Source: a virus (Duplodnaviria > Caudoviricetes). From it: a stretch of DNA of 40,027 nucleotides. How positions within the stretch are numbered: position 1 is the first letter of the stretch; the number at the start of each line of letters is the position of its first letter. This document shows positions 6,370 through 15,579 of this stretch, in pieces. The stretch spans positions 1-40,027 of IMG/VR virus record IMGVR_UViG_3300020432_000016, one strand, 5' to 3'. Below the pieces are notes generated by a model. The model searched no databases. It saw only the letters and a program-made list of their open reading frames with translations, and had not been told where the DNA came from. The position numbers and the translations under genes were made by a program.

Positions 6370-7192
6370 CCATCGTTTCAGTGAATACCTTTGAGAAGAC
6401 CTCATCGACACGACGTTTGTACGCAGTCTCCATAGCGAAATAAAACGTGTACTTAGCTGGCACCACTGGGTCCTCCCTTAGCTGCGCTATGACTCGCTTC
6501 AAGAAGGGCTTCTTCCCACCCATCTGCTTATAGACACCTGGGGGCAATGGCTTGTCAGTGTATTTCTTCCCGCCAGCCATTGAATTTCGACGGAATACCA
6601 AGGTGTGCTTGCCATGTTCCTCCGCATCAGGGACATACAAATAAGTTCCATCTGGTTTCGGTATCTTTTTACCAGACCTTCGACCCATAAATTCATCAGA
6701 GAAGTCTTTCACTGAGCCGAATTCCCTAGCAGCCCATAATCCTTTAACAGTAAGTCGCGCCCAATAATTCTTTTGACCTTTGTATGGTCCGTGCGTATCA
6801 GCCACCCAATATCCACGAGTAGTGCCCGTCGCGGCCAACCGTCGCATCAATCGGGTACGAAATACTGAGCCCCCTTGTTGCTGAACTGATAAGTAGTCAG
6901 CCGCAGCATTCCCCTTCAGACCGAATGCATTATCCTTGTGACCAAATCTCAGCCTTAGCCAATCCTTCCTGACTTGTTGTGATGTAGAGAATAACGAGTC
7001 TTTTGTCCAATTAACCAAACTGTCAAATGTATCCGTCATCTCTTTTCGCATCTCCTCCCAAACAGGCCCACCTGCCTTGCCTGATCTCGTCACCCAATAA
7101 AGCTTTCGCATGGTTTGTGACGCCATCCACGGAAGCTCCTTCTTTTGGAAGTCGTCCAGCTGGTCAATTAATTGATCAAACTCAATCTTCAC
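6332..7192 (-). CDS. Basic hypothetical protein, 286 aa; possible neck/tail-completion protein
   Basis: Long ORF; N-terminus loosely resembles phage tail-completion proteins; function is weakly supported. Confidence 0.45.
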   Translation of the reverse strand: MKIEFDQLIDQLDDFQKKELPWMASQTMRKLYWVTRSGKAGGPVWEEMRKEMTDTFDSLVNWTKDSLFSTSQQVRKDWLRLRFGHKDNAFGLKGNAAADYLSVQQQGGSVFRTRLMRRLAATGTTRGYWVADTHGPYKGQKNYWARLTVKGLWAAREFGSVKDFSDEFMGRRSGKKIPKPDGTYLYVPDAEEHGKHTLVFRRNSMAGGKKYTDKPLPPGVYKQMGGKKPFLKRVIAQLREDPVVPAKYTFYFAMETAYKRRVDEVFSKVFTETMAKWESAQKLLYG

Positions 7193-7391
7193 TTTCTTCC
7201 TTCTCGGGCTTGTCCTTTACTCCATTATCTACAGAATAAATTGGTGCTCGAAACAAGCCAGTATATAAACCATGCATCGGATGCTCTGAATTGTCGCGAC
7301 CATCAGCAACATAAGCCTCATCCAGTTGTTCTTGGATCACTCTTTGAACCTTGACAGTGTTGAGTGGATCAATCATCGGGGTCGTAGCCAT
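7182..7391 (-). CDS. Hypothetical protein, 69 aa
   Basis: Overlapping operon packing; YVADGRD..HPMHGLYTGL motif. Confidence 0.75.
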   Translation of the reverse strand: MATTPMIDPLNTVKVQRVIQEQLDEAYVADGRDNSEHPMHGLYTGLFRAPIYSVDNGVKDKPEKEESED

Positions 7392-7560
7392 TTCGTTGTG
7401 CTCTAAGTTCTAGTTGGCGCTGTATAGCCCTCTCTAGCTGCTCTTTCTTCTCCTCCACCAGATGCATGCTGCTCACATAGCACGAAGCCGTGACTCCATA
7501 CTGCGTAAGGCTGACCTTAATCTGTCCGTCGTACTGGGTTTCCAGGTCCACCGTGTTCAA
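7369..7560 (-). CDS. Hypothetical protein, 63 aa
   Basis: Operon packing; TTG start uncertain. Confidence 0.65.
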   Translation of the reverse strand: MNTVDLETQYDGQIKVSLTQYGVTASCYVSSMHLVEEKKEQLERAIQRQLELRAQRNGYDPDD

Positions 7561-7792
7561 TCTCCTCTGATTTTGCCTTGACTGATGCCATCTCCAGTTT
7601 GACCCTGTGAAACATCAGATTGTGCTTGTTCGTGAGTCCAGGCTCTTTCAAGCGCAGCTCCATCCAGGCTTCAGCGAGCACCTGATAACCCTTTAGGTAT
7701 GTCTCAATCGTCAGGGCCCATGTGTCAAATTCCTCTCTCGTAACCCAAACTGCGTCAGGAGGAGATTGAGGTGAGTCTGTCATCTTTTGCAA
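7517..7792 (-). CDS. Hypothetical protein, about 90 aa
   Basis: Operon packing; start uncertain. Confidence 0.65.
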   Translation of the reverse strand: MQKMTDSPQSPPDAVWVTREEFDTWALTIETYLKGYQVLAEAWMELRLKEPGLTNKHNLMFHRVKLEMASVKAKSEEIEHGGPGNPVRRTD

Positions 7793-8015
7793 TTAGACGT
7801 TTTTGTTCTATTTCTAAAAACTGGATTTCTCTTCGCAAATAGTACATCGCCTTACTCAGATCTGTCATCTTGTCCTCTCCTTGCTTGTATCCAGCTCGAC
7901 TCACATATTTAATGACATTGCCAAGGTTGAAATTAAATCCTTGGTCCTCAATGTAATCAATGACTTCTATGTCACCATTTCGGTAATGGGCTGGCTTGAT
8001 TTTAGAGTCGTCCAC
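7755..8015 (-). CDS. DUF3310-family protein (T7 gp1.7 nucleotide-kinase-like)
   Basis: KPAHY..GDIEVIDYI..FNLGNVIKYVSRAGYK..DLSKAMYYL; start re-called to GTG 8015. Confidence 0.85.
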   Translation of the reverse strand: MDDSKIKPAHYRNGDIEVIDYIEDQGFNFNLGNVIKYVSRAGYKQGEDKMTDLSKAMYYLRREIQFLEIEQKRLIAKDDRLTSISS

Positions 8016-8446
8016 TTTTCTTCTCGCTCTTGAGTAACTGGCAAATAGCACTCTAAATATGACCCATGTTTCTCCTCGTTGATCTTTCGGTCCAACAGCC
8101 AAAATCCTTTCTTCAGTTGATGATGCAGCTCTGCCTTATTAACTGCAGCGCCACTTCCGATTAACGCCAGCAGAATCATCCGCACAGACCAGTAGCTAAC
8201 TGCAAATTCAATCACACCTTTTGCGTTGTTCTTTTGAGCTGGAGCGAACTCCATGAACCTCTGACGCAGCTTGGCAAACAACGACCAATCGTCGATTCCG
8301 TCCCCGACGCAGTGATCTAAGGCGTGCTTGATTGTCATCAGTCCTTCAACGCTTGTTTTGATCAAGCAGAAATCAGCTTGGACATCACTCAGCATTGCTG
8401 GGCCCATCTTCTTTAGGTTTGATGCCGAATCGATCGAATGGGTCAT
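7967..8446 (-). CDS. Hypothetical protein, up to 159 aa
   Basis: Fills the operon gap; start uncertain. Confidence 0.65.
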   Translation of the reverse strand: MTHSIDSASNLKKMGPAMLSDVQADFCLIKTSVEGLMTIKHALDHCVGDGIDDWSLFAKLRQRFMEFAPAQKNNAKGVIEFAVSYWSVRMILLALIGSGAAVNKAELHHQLKKGFWLLDRKINEEKHGSYLECYLPVTQEREEKWTTLKSSQPITEMVT

Positions 8447-8567
8447 GGCCTGTTTGTAGGATTGAAAGTGCTCGTCGGTAAAAATAAGATTCTGTTTTTC
8501 CTGCCTCTCTAAGCGCTTCTTCTATCTTTTTCCAACTCTGAATTGTGTCGGCGTCCAGTCTTTCCAT
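8385..8567 (-). CDS. Hypothetical protein, 60 aa
   Basis: ATG start; WKKIEEAL..GKTESYFYRRA helical motif. Confidence 0.7.
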   Translation of the reverse strand: MERLDADTIQSWKKIEEALREAGKTESYFYRRALSILQTGHDPFDRFGIKPKEDGPSNAE

Positions 8568-9324
8568 AGGTGGTTCCGAATGGTTTTGCTTTGGTCAGTC
8601 GATAGCTTTTGTTTTTTGCCTGGTCGGCGATGTTCGCAACTCTGCTTGGATTTTTCGGGCTCCTAGTCCTTGGATCCATTAATCGCAGCTTGTTCAAATC
8701 GTAATCACGCTTTGCACTGTGCTGCTGTGCAACACACACATCATGTATCTGATCCAATGAAAGCTTCACGTCGACCATGTAGCCATCCAGCCATTTTTCG
8801 GTGGTGTTTTCTACAAAGTCCCAGTTACCACCACATTTGCCTTGCCTTTGAGTCCGTTCTGCAAGGCTTCTCCAAAATCTTTCTGTATACTGAAGGGCTT
8901 TCAACATTCCCTCTCTCTTGATCAGGTCCTCTCGCCAAATACGGAATCTGTAGCACTCTCTCGAGAAGTCAACAATCGGCATGCAATGCACGCCAATGTC
9001 TAGAGTTCCATTAGCCCTGCTGTAAGTCGCCAGGCGTCCAAAGGCAAGGGCTTGCTTGTACAAGTTGTCGTTCTGATCAAAGGCATTTGGCGCCATTGTT
9101 GGGTGATGCCATAGCCAAAAGTGATCGCTATACGCCATTCGGTCATCGAGGTTTAGCGACAAGGTGTTGTTTAAACATGTCACTGAAGTCACCGATGACC
9201 TTTCGTCCCATGGATAGAGAGAGACATTGCTGATACAACTCCGATTGAGTGCTTTTTTGACTGAAGAAATCCAGCCGTGGATCACCACCACTTGGCCCAC
9301 GTAGGGCGCAAGTTCTGTTCTCAT
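8509..9324 (-). CDS. Hypothetical protein, 271 aa
   Basis: Long ATG-initiated ORF; no recognised motif. Confidence 0.8.
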   Translation of the reverse strand: MRTELAPYVGQVVVIHGWISSVKKALNRSCISNVSLYPWDERSSVTSVTCLNNTLSLNLDDRMAYSDHFWLWHHPTMAPNAFDQNDNLYKQALAFGRLATYSRANGTLDIGVHCMPIVDFSRECYRFRIWREDLIKREGMLKALQYTERFWRSLAERTQRQGKCGGNWDFVENTTEKWLDGYMVDVKLSLDQIHDVCVAQQHSAKRDYDLNKLRLMDPRTRSPKNPSRVANIADQAKNKSYRLTKAKPFGTTYGKTGRRHNSELEKDRRSA

Positions 9325-9386
9325 ATCATTAATGAGTAGTAGACGTGAATTACAGATAGAAAAAGGCCCCCAGGGCTTCCCTCACT

Positions 9387-10427
9387 TCAGGAAGCCTCCG
9401 GGGGGCCAATCGCACCCCCATATGTTAGCACCGTTTCCCTAGGCCGCAACGGCTTTGTCCCTTGCCGTTCGCCTTGCCTGGCCTCAAAGTCAACCTCGAC
9501 CACCTTTGCGTCCTTCTTAATCTCAAGCAGTTTCGCCTGCCGGACCAACTTTTTAAGTGCTCGCAACCTGGCGTTCCTTACCACATTCTGCTTCCACTTG
9601 CCCCCAAGTCGTTTGCTGATCTTTTGGACGCTCCACCGCTCACCGTCGTAGAACCCGAATGAATAGTGCAAAACCACCTTTTCAGTTTGTGATAATGACG
9701 CTGCTTCTATCAGTTCTTTGTATCCATCAAGTTTGATGCTATCCATGTAAGATTCCTCTTCACAATCAATAATCGCAGAAGCAAAATTCTCAAGAGTGTC
9801 CTTGTCCTTCGAATTTGACTTTTTCTTAGATCCACTGACAGGGGCGTCAATACTTACCACACGTCGGGCTACCTCGGTTGCAAGCTGGTCTTGTCTTTCT
9901 GGCTTGATGCCCACTCCTATGTAAATCTGTTCTTTAGTTGGCATCTCCCCGTTGCTAGCTAAAAATTCAGACTTGTACCGTTCAATCCTTGCGTGAAGTT
10001 GTTGTGCATTAACTGGCAGTCTGATTGTGTGGCGGTTGTTCTCCATGTCTCTATTGATGGCCTGTCGAATCCACCAGTAGGCATAGGTCGAAAACTTATA
10101 GCCCAGTGTGTAGTCGTACTTTTCGCACGATCGCACCAATCCAATGTTTCCCGCACCAATCATGTCCATGATGTCCATCCCTGGGCGATGGCGTTGCTTG
10201 GCTAAATGGATCACCAACCTGAGATTGCAATTAACCAACTTTTGAATAGCCTTGTCCTTCCGCTTAATCTGTCTAGGGGTTGCGTTCTCCGCAAGCCCTT
10301 CCTGAATCTGTTTCCCAAGCATCAACTCCTGAGCGGGTTTGAGCAGTGGGAAACGACCAACCCATTGCACGTAATCGCGATAATGCGGCGTGGATTGAAA
10401 TGTTGGACTGGGACTACTACCGATCAT
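9387..10427 (-). CDS. RNA polymerase sigma-70 factor (RpoD/SigA family)
   Basis: Region 2 NLRLVIHLAK..DMIGAGNIGL..EKYD..GYKFSTYAYWWIRQAI; region 4 ending RALKKL. Confidence 0.95.
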   Translation of the reverse strand: MIGSSPSPTFQSTPHYRDYVQWVGRFPLLKPAQELMLGKQIQEGLAENATPRQIKRKDKAIQKLVNCNLRLVIHLAKQRHRPGMDIMDMIGAGNIGLVRSCEKYDYTLGYKFSTYAYWWIRQAINRDMENNRHTIRLPVNAQQLHARIERYKSEFLASNGEMPTKEQIYIGVGIKPERQDQLATEVARRVVSIDAPVSGSKKKSNSKDKDTLENFASAIIDCEEESYMDSIKLDGYKELIEAASLSQTEKVVLHYSFGFYDGERWSVQKISKRLGGKWKQNVVRNARLRALKKLVRQAKLLEIKKDAKVVEVDFEARQGERQGTKPLRPRETVLTYGGAIGPPEAS

Positions 10428-10792
10428 GCTGGTGTCTGAAATTTAATGTGTGGTGTTTGATAAATAGCGATATAGGTCAACCCCAGGATGTACTGATCCA
10501 TCCTGTTGATTTCTGTAAATGGCTTCTCACCCATTGCCTCTAGAACCATGTCCAGCACGAGCTTCATTTGGTCCCAGTTGTCGATTTCGTGGTTTAAAAC
10601 AACCCCGTCGTTAACTAGGAAAGGCTCATCGTCTCTGTAGATCAGGATGAGACCTGAGCCCCTCTCAAGACAACCGCTATCTGAAAGAAGGATTTGGTCT
10701 CCTTCTGTGCAGTTGTCTATCCAAACAGCTATATTGACGCAAACTGAGATGAAGCTTTCCAGTGTTACTCCACCTGGCAGTTTTTGTCCCAT
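10424..10792 (-). CDS. Hypothetical protein, 122 aa (MGQKLPGG...)
   Basis: Start re-called to ATG 10792 (TGATG coupling); stop overlaps the sigma ATG (ATGA). Confidence 0.7.
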   Translation of the reverse strand: MGQKLPGGVTLESFISVCVNIAVWIDNCTEGDQILLSDSGCLERGSGLILIYRDDEPFLVNDGVVLNHEIDNWDQMKLVLDMVLEAMGEKPFTEINRMDQYILGLTYIAIYQTPHIKFQTPA

Positions 10793-11091
10793 CAAGTGCT
10801 GTCTGCTAGCCAACTCATCATATCTACGTAAAGACACCGCAGTTCTCTCGCAGCGTCTGAGAAAGGATCTAGTTGGCCTAACCTTTTTTCGAACACCGAA
10901 TCTATACCAGTTTTTAACGGGTTTACGCTTGCCTTTTGAATGACCCGCGCAATGCGATCTGATGGCCTTTCGTCTCGCTTCGTGCCCATAAATGGCTGTG
11001 TCTCCAGTTCGACCTGTGCGCCACCAGATGTAACTGGCCAGCGTTCGGGCGAAACGTATAGTCCTAAGAATTCGCTCCATGGTTGTCTCAT
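10792..11091 (-). CDS. Hypothetical protein, 99 aa (MRQPWSEF...)
   Basis: ATGA overlap upstream and TGATG overlap downstream. Confidence 0.65.
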   Translation of the reverse strand: MRQPWSEFLGLYVSPERWPVTSGGAQVELETQPFMGTKRDERPSDRIARVIQKASVNPLKTGIDSVFEKRLGQLDPFSDAARELRCLYVDMMSWLADST

Positions 11092-11237
11092 CCTCTCAGC
11101 TCCAAGTGTGCGACTAACGTCTCTTCCTGTTCGGTCAGCATTGTTGGCCGCAAGCTTTTCCAATTCAATGCGCCATAAATCATGCACAGTGATCCGATCA
11201 CTAGGCAAACGCCTAGTGTCCTATTGAGTGTTTTCAT
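11088..11237 (-). CDS. Small single-pass membrane protein, 49 aa (MKTLNRTLGVCLVIGSLCMIYGALNWK...); not in the ORF track
   Basis: Manual translation; fills the gap after rusA and ends in an ATGA overlap. Confidence 0.6.
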   Translation of the reverse strand: MKTLNRTLGVCLVIGSLCMIYGALNWKSLRPTMLTEQEETLVAHLELRG

Positions 11238-11251
11238 TGTCCCCTGAAAGA

Positions 11252-11680
11252 TTAAAGTGTGCGAATTGATATCAAAGCGCCGGGTCGTTCATCAGACATG
11301 CAATAGACTTTTGAAATCTTCGCAGCTGATATCCTGCTGTCATCGATCAACAGTCCCGCATCTACAATCGCATCCTCTGTGCTGCGCATGATTTTGGATA
11401 GATCAGGCACAATTGAGTGATAGATCGGAGCGCTTTCCTTTAGATGCCCGTTCGTGCGATAGTGTGATTTAGGTCGGGCAAAGTAGAACTTGATATGTAT
11501 CTCTACTGGATGCGTAATGAGTGGGTGGCCAGTCTGTACGGCAGCTTGCTGCACTAAATAACGCCATGGCTTACACCTCTTTGACGCCTCGATAATGCGT
11601 CCCCCGCCCACATGTCTTTTGGAGCCTTGTGGGGCAGGGCTCATTCCCTCTACTCGGAAGCTCAGCAACTCATGACCCAT
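11252..11680 (-). CDS. rusA: RusA-family Holliday junction resolvase
   Basis: PAPQGSK, FYFARPKSHY, PDLSKIMRSTEDA, DDSRI. Confidence 0.9.
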   Translation of the reverse strand: MGHELLSFRVEGMSPAPQGSKRHVGGGRIIEASKRCKPWRYLVQQAAVQTGHPLITHPVEIHIKFYFARPKSHYRTNGHLKESAPIYHSIVPDLSKIMRSTEDAIVDAGLLIDDSRISAAKISKVYCMSDERPGALISIRTL

Positions 11681-11688
11681 AGGCCATG

Positions 11689-12030
11689 CTAGATGTTAGA
11701 TTTCAGGCTCCAGAATGGTTCTCCAGCTTTAACCGTCTTTATGGCGACTCCCCTTTCCTGCTCCATATCTTTCTGAGCTTGTAAGTCGCGTTCCGCGTCT
11801 TTAACAGCCTCGCTATATTCCCACTTGGATGTTTGCCTCCCTTGTTGAAAGGTGAAGCTATATCCTGAATGGGAGATCTTCCCCGGGAGGTTAAGCTCCT
11901 GTTTCTTCTGAACCAACTCTTTTGTTAGTTCTTCGTACATAGAAGCCCACGCATCTCGGTTGGTCCGAGCATGGATGATCTGATCTAGCAGTTGTTTCTG
12001 CTTATCAGTGATCTCCGACTGCTGTTGCAT
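11689..12030 (-). CDS. Hypothetical protein, 113 aa
   Basis: Start re-called to ATG 12030; helical and charged. Confidence 0.7.
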   Translation of the reverse strand: MQQQSEITDKQKQLLDQIIHARTNRDAWASMYEELTKELVQKKQELNLPGKISHSGYSFTFQQGRQTSKWEYSEAVKDAERDLQAQKDMEQERGVAIKTVKAGEPFWSLKSNI

Positions 12031-12152
12031 CGTTAGGATTAGGAGCAGTGAACGGCAGGCCCATGGTGGGGCCCGCTTGGTCGCCAAGGTAGTAATTAAT
12101 TAAAATTCCGTCAATAGCTTCCGACTCGTTAGGCTGGCGATCTTCAGAATCC

Positions 12153-12842
12153 CTAGACAATTCGCTCTTTCTTGCAGTACTCGCTCCATTTGCTAGCCCA
12201 GGCCGCTAGGCATTCTTCTCTAGTGAGCGACTGCAGTCTCGTCTCGTTAGGCCTTGACCAAATGACCAATGCCTTGTCGATTCTTAATCCTTGTTCATCA
12301 CAAAGATTTATGTAACAACCCAGTTGTGATTTGACCGAATACGGCTTGCCGTTCGCCTTTTGCGTCTTCAAGTCAAAAATCGTATAGACGTACTGCCCTG
12401 GCTTCTCAGGGTCTGGCTCTCGATACGCACCATCGAATGTCCCGGCCAGGTTGTGCTCAAGCGACGCAACCATAAATTCAGTCGCCACCACCTCTACTTC
12501 GTGCCATAGCGGATGGGTCACCAACGGCGCGATGTGCTCCTTGTAGGTGTCGAATGCCGCTGCGTGCTCCAGTCGTTGCTCCACAGCCCTCCTGCGGGCC
12601 CCATAGGAAGGATGAAACCTGGCCTCCAGTTCCAGTTGCAGGGCCAAGTGTGTGTTCACCCCACGGGGTTCCCATTCGTGCCGTGTCACCTCTATCTGCT
12701 GCCTTCTCCAATCCGTCATGTCATGGCCACAGACACCCGTCGTACTGACAGCAATTAGGTCATCACCAAGCCAGTAGCGGTGGTTCTCATCTCGTCTCAA
12801 AGTCGGGTTTGACTCAAGCCAACCGCTGTTTTGCTGCTGCAT
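12153..12842 (-). CDS. PD-(D/E)XK exonuclease-like protein
   Basis: HRY..STT, RGVNTH, TE..LAGTFDG..IFDLKT..QLGCY; start re-called to ATG 12842. Confidence 0.85.
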   Translation of the reverse strand: MQQQNSGWLESNPTLRRDENHRYWLGDDLIAVSTTGVCGHDMTDWRRQQIEVTRHEWEPRGVNTHLALQLELEARFHPSYGARRRAVEQRLEHAAAFDTYKEHIAPLVTHPLWHEVEVVATEFMVASLEHNLAGTFDGAYREPDPEKPGQYVYTIFDLKTQKANGKPYSVKSQLGCYINLCDEQGLRIDKALVIWSRPNETRLQSLTREECLAAWASKWSEYCKKERIV

Positions 12843-12866
12843 ACGAAAAAGTGGTGGGGGGCGTCC

Positions 12867-13056
12867 ATACCCGCGTCGGGTATAACTGTCCAAACGCTAG
12901 TCATACCAATTGATTACAAAGTACCCGATACTTTCCTGGCTTCGGGTATTTACCGTTTCTTAACCATGTAACAAATACCCGAAAAGTACCTTAATATTTG
13001 GCCATCGGGTATATCAGATCCAAGTAATAGCTTAAAAAAAAGCCTTTTATACCCGA
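12867..13056. repeat. Seven TACCCG(A) repeats in alternating orientation; candidate replication origin
   Basis: Copies at 12867(+), 12876(-), 12922(+), 12942(-), 12975(+), 13005(-), 13049(+) in an AT-rich gap downstream of the primase-helicase. Confidence 0.65.
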
Positions 13057-13095
13057 AGATTTTTATGCATGCCCCCCCAATGGTGCTCAACCTCT

Positions 13096-15234
13096 TTACG
13101 AGGCCAAAGGCGGACTTATTTCGCGACTCTGTTGCGACAATCTGTAGGCTCCACGTACTCCAGGGACCGGCTCGATCTCCGGGTCTTTCGCACGAACAGC
13201 CAGCGTCAATGTGTTGCTCAACGTCTTCCTCTTGATGCCACTGGCAGTGCACAGCCGTTCATACAGTTCTTTCCTCGTCAGGTACTGCCGACCCTCCTCT
13301 ACCTCTGCTTGCATTAAGCAGTAGACGATGTTGTGCAGGCAGTTGTTGACCTTCTCCTGACCCATGCAAAGGCTCAGCTCACCGTCGATCATTTCGTACT
13401 CAAACGCTCTCAATCCCCCGATCCGATTTTTCAATGTGATCCACCGTCTGCGGTCTGTTGGGCGTCCATCCTCTTCCACTGCTTGAATCTCGTGGACGCT
13501 TGAAGGGATCTCGGCCCAGGCCTTTGCGCCAGCCGCGGCCCCCCTCGCTACGCCGTCATGGTTGATCAGTACTAAGCAGCAATGCGGGGCCAGGACCTCC
13601 TTCATGAACGTGAGCATCGCTGTGACCCACTGATTTGATGTGTAGTCAGCTGACTCCCCAGAGCAGATGCTCTTGCAGCTATCGATCATGACTAGCCCGA
13701 TGCCCTCGTCCTTAATGAACGTGAGGAGCTGAATACAACCCTTCAAGTCAGCGACCCACTTCTCCTGGCCCTGGCCCTCGTCCGCGGCCCATACGTGAAA
13801 CATCTTCCTTTCGCCCTCAGCGGTTTCTGGGATCCCTATCAGCCCCATGTCCTGCAGGCATGCCTTCAACGGTGCCGCTCCAGAGTCAGATGCAATGAAC
13901 AACGTCTTGCGCTTTGGGGATGGCTGCGTGTGATCGAGGAACCCAGTGCCCCTGATGGAGCTGAAAGCCGCGCCGAGTGCTGCTGTGGTTTTACCGGAAC
14001 CGGCTTTCCCGAAAAACAGGTTCAGGTCGTTGTCGACGAGAAAGCCTTCGACTAAATAGTTCAACCCCTGGATCCGGCTTAGATCGAGCGAGAGACGCTT
14101 GCTCTTAGCCTTGACGCCGATCTGCTGCTGCATAAAGCGCTGGAACAGCTTGGCCTCGATCGTTGCGTTGGTCTGCTTCCACCTCGACATGATCTCCGCT
14201 CGCTTATCCATCGCCTTGTCGTCGTCGGAATTGATAACAGCCTTCAGCATCTCGTCAATCGCTTCTGTATACCTCTGGTCTCGGATGACGCTAGTGATTG
14301 TGCCGTCAGCATTTTCAACCTGTTCTTCTATCTGAGTTGGCCTGACTGCTTCAATACTGTCCGAGTACTTCCAGCCTCCTTTCCCCGCGAACCAGAACAG
14401 GGTGCCCAGGGTTATTCCACCTTGCTTGTCGTGCGAAAACGACCTCCACTTGCGTTTGCAATCTTGCTCGTCAAACTTCGCGGATTTTTTTGACAAGTCG
14501 ATCCACATGCCCAACCACTCAGGATTGGCCCATTGCATTGCCATCCCGAGTTTCACCCAGTCGTCGTAATCATCCAATACTTCAATCGGGATGTACTCCA
14601 TCGCATCTATCGCCTTCTCCATGGAGCGAATGTCGGCCTCAGCTGGCCTTTTGTCGCTATTGTCTACTTCCAGTTGGTAGGTCCTGAGAAGAGGATGTAG
14701 CAGCCAATCAGGCGCATCTGCAACCTCAACATCAATAGGGCTGCAACCCTCCACCCATCTGTACCCTTCTGTTTCCGGGTGCTCTCCAGCTACAACTGAT
14801 TGGTGATTGCGCCAGCGGAGCTCCAGAAGCTGGTCGTAGGTCTTCCGGTTGACCAGACTGTCCCACCACTCGTCGGGCACTCGGAAGGCAATCTGCCTTC
14901 TGCCCTCTTTGCCACTGGTCCAGGAGATTGATTTAGGCAGTTCGCAACTGTCGTGGCCACATACTTCTAGGAACTTCTCCTCACTTCCCGGGCCATCAAA
15001 ATCAACGGCTAATACACCGCCGGAGGCAGGCCCTGTCATCAGGCCTACAGCCCATACATGTTTACCGGGCAGCGCCTTAATTTGATCAACGTCAAACCCC
15101 CCGCATGTCGGCCATCCTTTTAAGTTCTCCCCGGTATCAGTATCCACAGGCTTCTTGTCTTTGCCAACTGGCAAAAATCTCCAGTCAGAATCTGCGGCCT
15201 CAAGAGAAGGCCAAATGTTTGCATCAAGGGGCAT
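13096..15234 (-). CDS. Bifunctional primase-polymerase / PriCT-2 / AAA (RepA-like) helicase
   Basis: GLMTG..AVDFDG prim-pol motif; YDDWVKLGMA..WRSF..ITLGTLF PriCT-2; Walker A GKAGSGKTT; Walker B LVMIDS. Confidence 0.92.
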   Translation of the reverse strand: MPLDANIWPSLEAADSDWRFLPVGKDKKPVDTDTGENLKGWPTCGGFDVDQIKALPGKHVWAVGLMTGPASGGVLAVDFDGPGSEEKFLEVCGHDSCELPKSISWTSGKEGRRQIAFRVPDEWWDSLVNRKTYDQLLELRWRNHQSVVAGEHPETEGYRWVEGCSPIDVEVADAPDWLLHPLLRTYQLEVDNSDKRPAEADIRSMEKAIDAMEYIPIEVLDDYDDWVKLGMAMQWANPEWLGMWIDLSKKSAKFDEQDCKRKWRSFSHDKQGGITLGTLFWFAGKGGWKYSDSIEAVRPTQIEEQVENADGTITSVIRDQRYTEAIDEMLKAVINSDDDKAMDKRAEIMSRWKQTNATIEAKLFQRFMQQQIGVKAKSKRLSLDLSRIQGLNYLVEGFLVDNDLNLFFGKAGSGKTTAALGAAFSSIRGTGFLDHTQPSPKRKTLFIASDSGAAPLKACLQDMGLIGIPETAEGERKMFHVWAADEGQGQEKWVADLKGCIQLLTFIKDEGIGLVMIDSCKSICSGESADYTSNQWVTAMLTFMKEVLAPHCCLVLINHDGVARGAAAGAKAWAEIPSSVHEIQAVEEDGRPTDRRRWITLKNRIGGLRAFEYEMIDGELSLCMGQEKVNNCLHNIVYCLMQAEVEEGRQYLTRKELYERLCTASGIKRKTLSNTLTLAVRAKDPEIEPVPGVRGAYRLSQQSREISPPLAS

Positions 15235-15420
15235 CCCACTGCTGGCTGTTTTTTGCCTAAGTCCTCTTGTCAGAGAGGCTTATTCATTCTTGTGCTGTGC
15301 TTCGTGGCGCCATGCGCCGGAGTAAACCCGAGGTGCGATTCAGTCACGGGATTACCACAATGAAAGCGCCTACCACTCGTTAAGGCTACGTGTCAAGGCG
15401 TATTTTCACGATCTCTTCCA

Positions 15421-15579
15421 ATGCCCAAAATCACAGATGATCACTTGGCTCGGCTTCGACTAATCGCTAAGGAGCATCCCGAATGGCATCCTTACACCTT
15501 GTCTCTTGAGATGTCTGTGCTATTTGGCGTTATCTACCGGCCGCAACAAATCAAAAAAGCTCTTAGTGATTCCGATTAA
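15421..15579 (+). CDS. Small HTH-like protein, 52 aa (MPKITDDHLARLRLIAKEHPEW...); not in the ORF track
   Basis: Manual translation; three-helix pattern; divergent from the primase operon. Confidence 0.5.
   Translation: MPKITDDHLARLRLIAKEHPEWHPYTLSLEMSVLFGVIYRPQQIKKALSDSD

Noticed and set aside
9407-9415. Seventh CAATCGCAC copy
   Set aside because: Antisense inside the sigma gene and followed only by a 6-codon ORF; about 0.3 copies are expected by chance in 40 kb
10793-11080. N-terminal 96 aa of the 218-aa ORF as an overprinted gene
   Set aside because: Arg-rich off-frame composition; the coupled-start chain explains the region more simply
12153-12842. Cas4 / CRISPR-related nuclease
   Set aside because: Lacks the four-Cys Fe-S arrangement of Cas4; context is replication and recombination
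12950-13252. 100-aa ORF downstream of the primase
   Set aside because: Overlaps the primase end and the iteron array; no recognisable features
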